A stretch of DNA of 52,918 nucleotides, from contig NW_021833890.1 of the NCBI RefSeq assembly GCF_006345805.1, positions 1 to 52,918 on the forward strand, given 5' to 3'. Position 1 is the first letter of the stretch, and every line of letters begins with the position of its first letter. The DNA comes from Octopus sinensis. Its lineage: Eukaryota. The position numbers and the translations under genes are program-made. Below are positions 12,901-25,270 of this stretch, piece by piece. Below the pieces are notes generated by a model. That model searched no databases and had not been told where the DNA came from. It worked only from the letters and a program-made list of their open reading frames with translations.

Positions 12901-13254
12901 ATCAGCCGTCACTCGCAAGCGAGTGTGACTTGGTCGAGGATGTTATGCTTCCGCGTAGGCGCCTATGTAGTCCTGAGTAGTCAATGATAGGAATTTGGCG
13001 GCCCTCTCGTCTCCCCCGGCGGAACATCCACAGCATGATAGCTGAAGAGAATTAGGGGGGAACACGCACTCAGGTGAAGAGACATGAGCAGCGTGAAATC
13101 TTGTGCCGCCGGCCCAAGGACTTTACACAGCACCAGTCCAAGAATCGAACGGCCTTGAAAAATTCTTAGTCGAATGAATCGATCCCAGTACTTATTTTTT
13201 AAAAGTAAATATGTGTTTGTGCGCGCGCAAGTGTAATATATACGTATATATATA

Positions 13255-13355
<101 letters not shown>

Positions 13356-13369
13356 AGTATGTATGTATG

Positions 13370-13513
13370 TATTATGTTTATTTCCTCGTGTTCCTTTCTG
13401 TTGGGGAGCGTAGGCTCGAAACGTAAAATACTTTTTCACCCTCTCAAGCGTCAAACTATTACATCTGCTTGTTGTTTATACCCTGCCCACGTCAATTGTT
13501 TTTTTATAAATTT

Positions 13514-13520
<7 letters not shown>
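13370..13520 (+). mobile_element. Penelope-like terminal-repeat fragment with a degenerate minimal hammerhead
   Basis: Homologous to 42135-42292 (-); CTTT-CTGTTGG-G-GAGC gtag GCTC-GAAA-CG-TA-AAAT at 13394-13429. Confidence 0.55.
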
Positions 13521-13562
<42 letters not shown>

Positions 13563-13645
13563 GCCTTTCTCAATCTATGTATTGAGATTGACTTCGAAGT
13601 TTAAGAAGTTTTGTTTAAGAATGAACTATACATATACATTTATAG

Positions 13646-13745
13646 GTGTGGTTCTTTTGTAGGACCCTTGCTTCCCAACCACATGTTTTCTGGTTCAGTT
13701 CCACTGCGTGGCACCCTCAGGTTGTGTCTTTCACTATAGAATTGA
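13646..13745 (+). mobile_element. SINE family A, partial head
   Basis: CTTGCTTCCCAACCACATG...GGTTCAGTTCCACTGCGTGGCACC. Confidence 0.7.
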
Positions 13746-13850
13746 CAGAAGACCATCATAGAATTGAGAGAAGACCATCATATATATATATGATGAAAAG
13801 TGACATTCGAAACTCCGAGTACTATGATGACAAGTTACTGATTGTCTTAA

Positions 13851-13891
<41 letters not shown>

Positions 13892-13920
13892 AAACACACA
13901 CACACATACACACACACATA

Positions 13921-14140
13921 ACTACATATAATATTTATAAACAAATCCGAAAGGCTTTGTAAGTTCCGGAGAGAAAGCTGCTATGGAAGATTCATTGTAT
14001 AACAATAACCATTCAATAATATATCAAAATAATATTTTATTTTCCGATTTAAAGCAACAATTTTAAAACAAAAATTTAACATTTTTTCTCTCCGTAACTT
14101 ACAAAGCATTTCTTGTTTGTTTATAAATATTATGTGTAGT
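13921..14140. mobile_element. MITE-like foldback with ~56-bp inverted arms
   Basis: 13921-13976 is the reverse complement of 14085-14140 with about 6 mismatches. Confidence 0.75.
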
Positions 14141-14350
14141 ATTAGACAATTTAAGTATATATTTGAGTGAAATTGACGGCTGAGCGTTTGGTCGATCGGA
14201 TGTGCAAGGAGGTGTGTAAGTGTTGATTTGAGGGTTCGATTCTGACTGGGGTAATCACTTCATTTGTTTTTTTGGTCATTTTTTTTTGTATTTAAAAATT
14301 GTAGCTTGAAATTGGAGAATGAATATTATGACATCTTATAATACGGTTAT

Positions 14351-14384
<34 letters not shown>

Positions 14385-14387
14385 AAT

Positions 14388-14440
<53 letters not shown>

Positions 14441-14441
14441 T

Positions 14442-14483
<42 letters not shown>

Positions 14484-14514
14484 GTTTGTGTGTATTCTCT
14501 CTCTCTTTTTCTTT

Positions 14515-14877
14515 TTTACTTGTTTCAGTCATTTGACTGTGGCCATACTGGAGCACCGCCTTTAATCTTTGTAAGCCCAGTACTTATTCTATCGGTCTCT
14601 TTTTGCCGAACCGCTAAGTGACGGGAACATAAACACACCAGTATCGGTTGTCAAGCAATGCTAGGGGGACAAACACAGACACACAAACATACACACACAC
14701 ATATATATATATATACATATATTCGACAGGCTTCTTTCAGTTTCCGTCAACCAAATCCACTCATAAGGCATTGGTCGGCTATAGCAGAAGACACTTGCCC
14801 AAGATGCCACGCAGTGGGACTGAACCGGGAACCATGTGGTTGGTAAGCAAGCTACTTACCACACAGCCACTCCTGCA
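14515..14877 (-). mobile_element. SINE family A, full length
   Basis: Complete head, body, internal (CA)(TA) tract and tail. Confidence 0.9.
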
Positions 14878-15632
14878 CCTATATGCGTATGGATGTATAC
14901 TTATATATACATACTTAATCTTTAGCAGAAGTAATACAGTGGCTTAAGATCCGAGAGCTTCGTGCGTTGATAAGCGCCAGCACAAAAAACTGTCGGGCTT
15001 TGAGTCACTCTGTTACTGCTGCTAAATATTAATAAAACAAATACATATACTTATTTGTTTGAGTTCCATTTTTTCTGTTTGCATCTACATGCCTATACAT
15101 GCTAATATAAATACAGACATATAGAAATACTCGCATACATACAAAGACACATACACATATACACACATTATATACGTACAGTTCATACACACAGACATAC
15201 GGTGTATATATAGAGACAGTGACCCGTGCTGGGATAATCCGTTCCCTGTCATTAGATCTATTTAAGTGAGAACACTTCGTTCCCCCTCTCTTGACCTTTC
15301 TACTTTCCTCTCCTCTCCCTTCTTCCACCATTTCCTCGCCCTCCCTCTCCTTCATACTGGCGTTATCTACACGCAACATGGACACCTCGCGCCGCAGTTT
15401 AACTGCCATTATGAAAAATCGTCCCAAGGGATTTTGGTGAATATTCTTCAGGAGCCCCAGCATATAATCACATATCGCTACAAACATGGAGGAAACAATT
15501 ATCGCACCAAAGAGGACCTTACGCACGAACATTAAACGAATGGGCATTAAGGGGTTAGAAGTAGCAGTTAAATCAATTCGATGTCATACGGTGCTCTGCT
15601 AAAAGATTGAGGATACATTTGTTAATCTAGAG

Positions 15633-15839
15633 CAGTGCTTTTCAAACTTTTTGCTGGAGGAGAACCCCAAGGAAACATTCCACTGGCTCGAGGAACCCCT
15701 GTGCAATAATTTAATAGTCTTATGCACAGGAGAATTAAAAATTACTGCCGAGTTTAGCAGTTTTGTAACTTCTTACGGAACCCCTGGACTGTGCTGGCGG
15801 AACCCTAAGGTTCCGCGGAACCCTGGTTGAAAACCACTG
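15633..15839. mobile_element. hAT (Charlie-type) MITE
   Basis: TIRs CAGTGCTTTTCAAAC / GGTTGAAAACCACTG (13/15); perfect 8-bp TSD ATCTAGAG at 15625-15632 and 15840-15847. Confidence 0.93.
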
Positions 15840-15863
15840 ATCTAGAGTATACAGTGTACAGTA

Positions 15864-16472
<609 letters not shown>

Positions 16473-16973
16473 AGTCAAATGAGAGAGAGTGTCTGATAAA
16501 AAGTCCATGTTAGTCATGTTGGGCTTGTCTTTGACCTTTGGATTGCTCTACCGTGACTGATTATGGACTAAACTGTAACCCAATCCTTCTTTTGCTTCTG
16601 TGAAGTCCAACGGTAAAGGAAATGTCAACAACTCTCTAGTGAAATTCTTGAAAGATGCGGACCTACTCTAAGTTGTCGCATGTTGGTTGGAGAGAAGCGA
16701 TAGCAGAGGCGTGCCAACTAGTGGTGCCCTTAATGGTCGAGGTGGGGGATAACCCAAGATCTGTATGGCTTCTTGGTTACCTCTAGTTGGCACTATCCAC
16801 TTTATTGAATCTTGTTGTTATAAATTCCTCGTTAAATGCTGTTTTTTTTATTGTTTACGAGTGTCTATGAATATCCCCAGCGTCCTATTGTCTTTGCATT
16901 ATCCTAAATGTTTCCGTCCCTTGTAGCAAACGCAAGAAATCCGCCTCCATTCATCCTCCTCAACATCGTTACT

Positions 16974-17640
16974 ATCATCATCATCATCATCATTATTGCC
17001 TTTGCACAGCTTCTAACTCTGGAGATGTTCTCTAGTGTCAGCTGTTCACTATCAGTGAACTAAGGTAATACATCTTATTATTCGAGCACCTTCCAGAGTA
17101 TTCGAGCGGTTCCAAGCAGTGCTGTTTTCTGTAAGTGCTCCACTCTTATTGCAGCCCCTATTTATTCCACTATTCCCAGGCCTCTGACAATTATTGGTAC
17201 TACTGCTACCTTTTTCATCGACCACAACTGCTTAACTTCCTAAGCTAACCTGTCATATCTCTCGACTTTTCTTTCTTCCTTATCGCATATCTTGCTGTCA
17301 AGTGGACATGCTATATCTATGATTCAGCATAGTTTGTTTTCTTCCTCAATTAACACTATGTCCGGCTTCCTATTCTCTATTTCATGGTCGCACTGAATCA
17401 TAAAATCTCATAGGATATTTGCATTATCATTTTCGATTATGCTTTCAGGTTTATGTTTTTACAACTTTTTTGCTCTGTCGAGTCCATACTTATTGCAAAG
17501 TGTCCAATAGACAAGCCTGGCTATATTGTTGTGGCGTCACTTATATTCCTTCTGGGCTAGTGGCGTACATTGGCCGGTAATATGCTATACGCTTTCACCA
17601 TTTTGTCCACAAATTCTGCACTTTCTGATGTGTTGTCTAT
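16974..17640 (-). mobile_element. R4/Dong-clade non-LTR retrotransposon, 5'-truncated and decayed (copy 2)
   Basis: Manual translation with stops: KCRICGQNGESV*HITGQC (CCHC), RHNNIA, ENRKPDIVLIEEENKLC*IIDIACP...KVERY (restriction-like endonuclease), LQKTALLGTARIL; (TGA/TAA)n tail. Confidence 0.9.
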
Positions 17641-17664
17641 ATTATTATTATTATTATTATTATT

Positions 17665-18218
17665 GAGTGAGAGAGAAGTGCATGCCATCAAAGTGACACT
17701 GGGGTAAAATATACGAAGCACAATATACCCGTCATGACTACCCGTCTGATAAAGGTACACCAGGCACATGCATCACAACCATATGTGCGCGACATGGTGA
17801 TCTCATATCAAGATAAACAGCACATGACCTTGCAGGTGGAGCCCAGTTAGAATTTTCTTCAGGTTGAGTAGCCCATCCCGCTCAAAAGGTCCCTGAATAA
17901 GGGTTGTTTAAGGATGTTGAACGAACCACCCATGTTTCCAGAGGTGAATTATTCAAACCCCAAAGAATCCCTCTCAACACATGACTATGATGCTCCCCCA
18001 CTACTTCTGCTCGTGATCAGAGATGCACATATCGTCAGCCACTAAGGGACATGCTCAACTGGTTAAGGTCAAACAACTGACAAAAAAATCTGTGGTATTG
18101 AGCAGAATATTTACTGTAGCCCATCTTTAATACCAAGACAAAACAATGTACATGATAACACTTCCAATCAGTTAAGATCAGAAGCCATGAGAGCCACTGC
18201 CTGGTACTGCATCAGGGC

Positions 18219-18220
<2 letters not shown>
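17665..18220 (-). mobile_element. Element G copy 1 (555-bp, (TAA)n-embedded, non-coding)
   Basis: Near-identical to three other copies; ATT arrays on both sides; strand assigned by the TAA strand. Confidence 0.85.
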
Positions 18221-18249
<29 letters not shown>

Positions 18250-18805
18250 GAGTGAACGAGCAGAGCATGCCATCAAAGTGACACTGGGGTAAAATATACG
18301 AAGCCCAATATACCCATCATGACTACCCGTCTGATAAAGGTACACCGGGCACATGCATCACAACCATATGTGCGCGACATGGTGATCTCATATCAAGATA
18401 AACAGCACATGACCTTGCAGGTGGGGCCCAGTTAGAATTTTCTTCAGGTTGAGTAGCCCATCCCGCTCAAACGGTCCCTAAATAAGGGTTGTTTAAGGAT
18501 GTTGAAAGAACCACCCATGCTTCCAGAGGTGAACTATTCAAACTCCAAAGAATCCCTCTCAACACATGGCTATGATGCTCCCCCACTACTTCTGCTCGTG
18601 ATCAGAGATGCACATATCGTCAGCCACTAAGGGACATGCTCAACTGGTTAAAGTCAAACAACTGACAAGCAAATCTGTGGTATTGAGCAGAATATTTGCT
18701 GTAGCCCATCTTTTATGCCAAGACAAAACAATGTACATGATAACACTTCCAATCAGTTAAGATCAGAAACCATGAGAGCCACTGCCTGGTACTGCATCAG
18801 GGCAT
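18250..18805 (-). mobile_element. Element G copy 2 (tandem), with its terminal ~29 bp duplicated at 18806-18834
   Basis: Direct repeat of copy 1, separated by about 30 bp of (ATT)n. Confidence 0.85.
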
Positions 18806-18831
18806 AGCCTCTGCCTGGTACTGCATCAGGG

Positions 18832-18833
<2 letters not shown>

Positions 18834-18883
<50 letters not shown>

Positions 18884-18943
18884 GTTGTTGTTGTGTTGTT
18901 GTTATTATTGTTGTTGTTGTTGTTGTTGTTATTATTATTGTTG

Positions 18944-18975
<32 letters not shown>

Positions 18976-18982
18976 TTTGTTG

Positions 18983-19014
<32 letters not shown>

Positions 19015-19129
19015 GTTGTTGTTGTTATTATTATTATTATTATTATCATTATTATTATTATTATTATTATTATTACTACTACTATTATTATTATTATCAA
19101 TATTATTATTATTATTATTATTATTATTA

Positions 19130-19166
<37 letters not shown>

Positions 19167-19281
19167 TATTATTATTATTATTATTATCATCATATTATTA
19201 TTATTATTATTATTATTACAACTATTATTATTATTATTATTATCTTTATTATTATTATTATTATTAATATTATTATTACTA

Positions 19282-19354
<73 letters not shown>

Positions 19355-19387
19355 CATTATTATATATTATTATTATTATTATTATTA

Positions 19388-19427
<40 letters not shown>

Positions 19428-19470
19428 CATCATTATTATTATTCTTATTATTATATTATTATTATTATTA

Positions 19471-19524
<54 letters not shown>

Positions 19525-19544
19525 TATTATTATTATTATTATTA

Positions 19545-19632
<88 letters not shown>

Positions 19633-19666
19633 CATTATTATTATTATTATATTATTATTATTATTA

Positions 19667-19748
<82 letters not shown>

Positions 19749-19756
19749 CATTATTA

Positions 19757-19795
<39 letters not shown>

Positions 19796-19877
19796 CATAT
19801 TATTATTATTATTATATTATTATTATTATTATTATCATTATTATTATTATTCTTATTATTATTATTATATATTATTA

Positions 19878-19934
<57 letters not shown>

Positions 19935-19940
19935 TATTAT
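18834..19940. repeat. ~1.1-kb imperfect (ATT)n array with GTT/CAT/ACT variants
   Basis: Directly visible; source of the poly-Y/I/L ORFs. Confidence 0.95.
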
Positions 19941-20160
19941 AAGGCGGCGAGCTGGCAGAAACGTTAGCAAACCAGGAAAAATGCTAAGGGGAATTTCGTC
20001 CTTCTTTTCGTTCTGTGTTCATATTCCGCCGTGGTTGATTTTGCCTTCCATCCTTTTGGGGTCGATAATACAAGTACAAGTGGTACAACTGGGGTCGATG
20101 TGAACGACTTGCCTCCTCTCACCGAATTTCAGGCCTTGTGCCTATAGTAAAAAGGATTAT
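19941..20160 (+). mobile_element. SINE family C
   Basis: AAGGCGGCGAGCTGGCAGAAACGTTAGCA head; tail GCCTTGTGCCTATAGTAAAAAGGATTATT. Confidence 0.85.
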
Positions 20161-20170
20161 TATTATTATG

Positions 20171-20410
20171 AAGGCGGCGAGCTGGCAGAAACGTTAGGAA
20201 ACCGGGAAAAATGCTCAAGGGCATTTCGTCCGTCTGAACGATCTGAGGTCGACTATACCTTTCATCTTTTGGGGGTGGATAAAATAAGTAGCAGTCAAGT
20301 ACTGGGGTCAATATAATCGACTCATATTACATCGACTCTCACAAAAGCTGAAGGGCAAAGCCCTCCTCCGCCAAAATTCGAGCCTTGTGCCTATAGTAGA
20401 AAGAGTTATC
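20171..20410 (+). mobile_element. SINE family C (tandem second copy)
   Basis: Same head immediately after the ATT tail of the previous copy. Confidence 0.8.
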
Positions 20411-20899
20411 GTTATTATTGAAGGTGATGAGTTTAGTAGAATCGGTTAAACGTCCCCATAAGATTTCTGGCCTTGTCCCGATGTAGGAAATTTTAAGGAG
20501 ACAGATGTACTCGAATCCTTCTGACAAGTAACTAAATTCAAGATAGAGCACCACAGAGACACGCCCACATATCCATCTCAATTGACCGTCTTACATATAA
20601 TTTGCTTTGGATTACAAACATTGATGGAAACTCTTGCTCTCAACAATAAAATGGATAGGAACATCAAAAGAAGTTCCTTCACACATTTTATAGACACAAG
20701 TATTGGACGAATGTAATTGCTTCGAAATTCTGGTGTTTCCATAAATTTGATGTGCTTTCGAATTCTCCCATGGATATCCTTAAGGATACTTACGCGTACT
20801 TCAGTTTGAGAAGAGCTCGTATAGCTGGTTTTTGGACGTCCAACTTCTATTTCTAGCAAGGCGATAAACCACATAGCGATTGTCAGATAGTGACAGCAT

Positions 20900-20985
20900 T
20901 CTTGTTGTGGTTTAACACCAAGTTAGACCTCATCGAGCAGAACTACGATCAAAGGCATTCCACCTGTGACCACCACATCTGTTAA
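20900..20985 (-). mobile_element. Repeat family H tail fragment
   Basis: Reverse complement GGTGGAATGCCTTTGATCGTAG...CTCGATGAG...TTAAACCACAAC matches units at 50075-50255. Confidence 0.55.
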
Positions 20986-21109
20986 TGGTTTTTCAATTTT
21001 GTTTTTCACTGTTTTCTTCACCTGTTTGAAGCAGAGGGGCGAAATTTAATGGAGATTCCGCTATTTATCGCACTTGAATCAACTACATACAGGCATCCTT
21101 TACTGGCTC

Positions 21110-21700
<591 letters not shown>

Positions 21701-21746
21701 ACACTTTTATAGATCGCAAGTGTTGTCGTCGGCCATTACGTGCCTA

Positions 21747-21897
21747 TAGTGACCTCTGGCGGCAACCATTGCAATTGAGCTAATTACAAAATCCGGACTT
21801 GGCCAGTGAACATTACGGCCAGTGTTGACATGTTGTGTGACCAGGTTAATATTAAACTCGCATTACACCAGCAGTAATTCACCAGCCGCCATATTGG
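21747..21897. promoter_or_regulatory. Candidate CTCF-like (21747-21763) and YY1-like (21885-21897) motifs in unique sequence
   Basis: Reverse complement GCCGCCAGAGGTCACTA versus CTCF consensus CCASYAGRKGGCRSYA; CCGCCATATT fits YY1 CCGCCATNTT. Motif match only. Confidence 0.3.
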
Positions 21898-22544
21898 AAA
21901 GGATAAGTGAAGGGGGCGAGAGTGAGGGGGGGTCGGATGGGTCGGTGATGATGGGGTTAGAATTGTCCTTCTATAATTCATTCTTCGTTCTCTTTCTTTC
22001 TTGATTTTATTAGACAATTTCTTTCTTTCTTTCTTTTTTTCTTTCATTCTTTCTTTCTTCTTTCATGTAAATCCTTCTTTCTCTTTTTCTCCTTCCCTCT
22101 TTCGTTCTTTCTTTTTGCCTTTGTTTCTTTGTTTGTTTGTTTCTTTCTTTCTATATTTCTCTCTTTCTTTCTGTAGCTCACGCACACACACGTACACACA
22201 CATATAACACTCACATACACACTTTCTATCTGTATGCCTGTCTGTATGCCTGCATGTCTGTCTGTATGTCTGTTTCTCTCTCTCTCTCTTTCACTCTAGG
22301 GTAAAACTTCTAATCTATTAGACACATGCGCACACATACACACATATGCACATACATGCACACACACACACACACAAACAAGTTCACATACATACATATA
22401 CTGACACACACACACACACACACTTCGGGTTTACAATCTCTTAATCTCACCGTCGGTGTCTCTCTTCCTCTCTCTACCTCTGTCTTTTGCAACACTGTTT
22501 ATAGAACTTAAACACTCACAATTATTCTTCCTCGATCGGTCTGT

Positions 22545-22690
22545 GCCTCGCTAAATCTCATTGAGAAATATGTTACGGGTACACGTATCTGTGGAATACT
22601 CAGCCACTTAGGTGTTTATTTCCCGAGTAGACTGTTTCGCTGATTGGATCAACTGGGACCCTCGTCCTCGTAACTGATGGAGTGCCAGTT
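22545..22690 (+). mobile_element. SINE D/E tail-1 fragment
   Basis: GGGTACACGTATCTGTGG...GGATCAACTGGGACCCTCGTCCTCGTAACTGATGGAGTGCC. Confidence 0.75.
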
Positions 22691-22698
22691 ACTTAAGG

Positions 22699-22870
22699 CA
22701 GTAGTTCCCGAACTTTTTCAGGCTGCCACCCCCTTGGCACCCAGGCCGATATTCCTAGCGCCCTCGTTACTTTTCCCACCACAAATATAGGCCACTTTCT
22801 GCAGCAAATTCAAAATAACTGTATTTCACAAATAAAACTTAAACCTAATTTATTTATTATTTTTTTTTTA
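22699..22870 (+). mobile_element. hAT-like left-end fragment
   Basis: Begins CAGTAGTTCCCGAACTTTTT, similar to hAT TIR CAGTGGTTCCCAACCTTTTT; no partner TIR found. Confidence 0.45.
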
Positions 22871-22876
22871 CATAAA

Positions 22877-23228
22877 GCGGGGGGAGTTGGCAGAAACGTT
22901 AGCCCGCCGGGCGCAAATTCCGCCGAGGTCGACTTTGCCTTTCATCCTTTCGGGATCGATTAAATAAGTACCAGTTACGCACTGGGGTCGATATAATTGA
23001 CTTAATTCGTCTGTCTGTCCTCTCTGTGTTTAGCCCCTTGTGGGTAGTAAAGAAATAGGTATTTCGTCAGTCTTTACGTTCTGAGTTCAAATTCAGCCAA
23101 GTTCGACTTTGCCTTTCATCATTTCCGGGTCGATAAAATAAGTACCAGTCATGCACTGGGGTTGATGTAATCGATTAGCCCCCTTACCTCCCTACCCAAA
23201 TTTTCAAAGCCTTGTGCCTAGTGTAGAA
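22877..23228 (+). mobile_element. SINE family C dimer
   Basis: Same monomer junction (AAAGAAATRGGTATTTC) as 4241-4620. Confidence 0.8.
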
Positions 23229-23261
23229 ATAATGATAATAAGTAATAACAAGGTTAAACCT

Positions 23262-23625
23262 TTCTTCTAAAGGGACAAGGCCTGAAACTTTGTTTTTAGG
23301 GGACCACTCGATTACATCGACCCAAGTATTTCACTGGCACTTAATTTATCGACCCCTAAAGGATGAAAGAGAAAGTCGACCTCGGCAGAATTCGAACCTA
23401 GAATGTCAAGATGGACAAAATATTACTAAGCATTTTGTGTGGTACGCTAAAGATTCTGTTATTATTAATAATGGGTTCGTGAGAAGGGATAAGGTGATTG
23501 GATCGGTCCCAGTGCTCAACTTATACTTACCTTATCGACCCCGAATGGATAAAAGGAAGAGCCGAGTCCGGCGGCGTTTGAACTCGAGAGGGTAAAGACA
23601 TGTAATATCGCTTAGCATTTTGCCC
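23262..23625 (-). mobile_element. SINE family C, degenerate rearranged copies
   Basis: CGATTACATCGACCC, AAAGTCGACCTCGGCAGAATTCGAAC, CTAAGCATTTTG motifs. Confidence 0.65.
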
Positions 23626-23639
23626 AGCGCGGTAACGAT

Positions 23640-23851
23640 TCTTTTCTACTCGGGGCACAAGGCCCGAAATTTTTGGAGAGGGGTCCAGTCGATTAGATCG
23701 ACCCAAGCAACGGGTACTTAATTTATTGACTCCGAAAGGATGAAAGGCAAAGTCGACCTCGGCGGAATTTGACCTTAGAACGTAAAGACAGACGAAATAC
23801 AGCTAAGCATTTCGCCCGGCGTGTTTACGTTTCTGCCAGCTCGCCGCCCTA
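23640..23851 (-). mobile_element. SINE family C
   Basis: GGATGAAAGGCAAAGTCGACCTCGGCGGAATTTGA...CTGCCAGCTCGCCGCC. Confidence 0.85.
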
Positions 23852-23869
23852 TATTAACGTAAATATACG

Positions 23870-23923
<54 letters not shown>

Positions 23924-24018
23924 CACACTCTTTCTCTCACACACACACTCTCTCTTTCACACACACATACACACACTTTCGCTCACACACTTTCTCTTTC
24001 TCTCTCACACACACTCTC

Positions 24019-24063
<45 letters not shown>

Positions 24064-24489
24064 CTCTCTCACACACACACACACTCTATCTCTATCTCTC
24101 CCTCACACACATACGCTCTCTCTCACTCTCTATCTCTCTCACACACACATGCTCATCAATTTGTCGGCTGTTGATCACCTTCGTCGCCATTGTAGCTAGA
24201 TGAGATGACTTAAGAACTTTTACACCGCAGGTTGCTCTCTTAACGCTCTCTCCAACTCCTTTCTCTCCCCTTTTCACTCTTTCCCCATTTCTCACTCTCT
24301 CACTCTCTCTCACTCTATCCCTGACCACTTCCCACTCACCCCATCTCTCTCCTTCCGTCCACACGTTTTCGGCGTCTGTCTTAGCAAAACCTTGACGAAA
24401 CTCGATATTCCGATAACGCCGTCACGAAATGGTTTTTCTCACCGCAAGTGTTCAACATAAACCCTTAAAGTTACATGGTATTTCTGACT

Positions 24490-24539
24490 ATTGTTGTTAC
24501 TGATCTTTATCACAATAACTATTATTATTATTATTATCA

Positions 24540-24621
<82 letters not shown>

Positions 24622-24655
24622 TATTATTATTTTTATTATTATTATTATCATTAAT
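24490..24655. repeat. (ATT)n array
   Basis: Directly visible. Confidence 0.9.
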
Positions 24656-25069
24656 GCTATTTTTGTTATTCTTGATCTTTATTCCTTTTTCTCATTCTCT
24701 GTTGTTTTTGTTGTGTTATTTTATTTTATTTTATTTTTACCAATCGTCGGAAGGGCCAGCAGAAAATATATTAGTCTTTGATTGGCGACAGCTTAGGGAA
24801 AACAATGGAATTGGCAATTACCCGAGTCACGAGAATATACGCATAACACCTTCCTCTCGTTACATGCCTCTTTTATACTCCTTTTGTCTTTCTCGGTCTT
24901 TTCCCCTCTCTTCTTCCCTGTAACTCTGTCCCTAACTATCTCCTTTTCTCTCTCTTTCTGTTTTTCTCTCTCCTTCCTCTTACAATCTCCATATCTCTGT
25001 CTCCGTCTCCCTTCTCAATGTCTTGCACCATTCCTAAGTATCTCTCGACTTCCCCTTTTAGCACAAATT

Positions 25070-25075
25070 GTGCAT

Positions 25076-25161
<86 letters not shown>

Positions 25162-25270
25162 GTGTATCCGCCTATGTATGTATGTATGTATGTATGTATG
25201 TATGTATGTATGTATGTATGTATGCATGTATGCATGTATGTATGTATGTATATATGTATGTATCAATCTA
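25070..25270. repeat. (TCTA)n followed by (TATG)n tetranucleotide arrays
   Basis: Directly visible. Confidence 0.92.

Noticed and set aside
12222-12980. 252-aa His/Thr-rich ORF and similar poly-HT/CV/YI ORFs throughout
   Set aside because: Translations of CA/TG/TA microsatellites, which lack stop codons by composition.
15266-15547. Overlapping ORFs with ordinary-looking composition
   Set aside because: No recognisable homology, partly a CT-rich tract, and no clear splice signals.
17665-18834. Direct repeats as LTRs or a CRISPR-like array
   Set aside because: No TG..CA ends, primer-binding site or internal coding region; no regular repeat-spacer periodicity anywhere in this eukaryotic window.
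18879-19967. 361-aa poly-Y/I/L ORF
   Set aside because: (ATT)n microsatellite.
20578-20874. Minus-strand ORF with a GTAAGT donor-like site near 20790
   Set aside because: A single motif in AT-rich DNA, no recognisable protein, and embedded among repeat fragments.
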